A stretch of DNA of 63,318 bases, the filler included, from Parasitella parasitica NRRL 2501 (lineage: Eukaryota; Fungi; Mucoromycota), in the NCBI GenBank assembly GCA_025201805.1. It is 5 parts of 5 records of this genome, joined end to end, with 100 filler letters (N's around TTAATTAATTAA, not from the genome) between each part and the next. Parts side by side here need not be neighbours in the genome. Positions count along the whole stretch, not along the records: positions 61,730 to 63,318 come from MU619513.1; 4 more parts are not named here. One strand, given 5' to 3'. Numbering within the stretch: position 1 is the first letter of the stretch; the number at the start of each line of letters is the position of its first letter. This document shows positions 63,102 to 63,318 of this stretch, piece by piece. A program made the translations under genes and the position numbers. The notes under the pieces were generated by a model. It had not been told where the DNA came from. It did not search any database and was given only the letters and a program-made list of their open reading frames with translations.

Positions 63102-63318
63102 GACAGTTAGCATGTCTGTACTTACATTACAGCGTTAACCAGTCCACAACCGACATATAATGTACTCTTGATCCATCATTTACATATTATTTTACTTTAT
63201 CCCTTCATCCAATATTGCCAACTTCGTTTTCCTACTCTTGAAATCAGCATTTTCCAACAAAAAATAAAGTCCAACATGTTTTTACCCGCATACCTTGTCC
63301 ATCTTTTTTTTTTTTTTT

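Overview
Eukaryotic fungal DNA, most likely Mucorales (inferred from AT-rich, compact genes with ~50-70 nt GT-AG introns and the transposon families present). The window holds about 15 spliced housekeeping or regulatory genes: PHS1, CUE3/ASCC2, a PPIL4-type cyclophilin-RRM, a two-box HMG protein, PalA/RIM20, an M28 aminopeptidase, TPT1, a PCL-type cyclin, ERB1, a DOCK GEF, a METTL21-like methyltransferase, a CYS3/MetR-like bZIP, TIM17, SPT7, TFIIB and a WD40 protein. It also holds one tRNA-Ala(TGC). Three zones are rich in mobile DNA. The left edge has an LTR-retrotransposon 5' end (LTR + gag). The 24-30 kb gene desert has a solo LTR, long inverted repeats and tandem repeats. The right end (55-63 kb) has a chromovirus 3' end, a decayed ORF resembling the N-terminal part of fungal Fanzor1/TnpB-like proteins, a Tc1/mariner pseudogene, a Helitron PIF1 fragment and a complete non-autonomous CACTA element with its 3-bp TSD. 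Four N-TTAATTAATTAA-N blocks are artificial contig linkers, so adjacency across them is unproven. All calls come from reading the sequence and recognising motifs; no searches were run.
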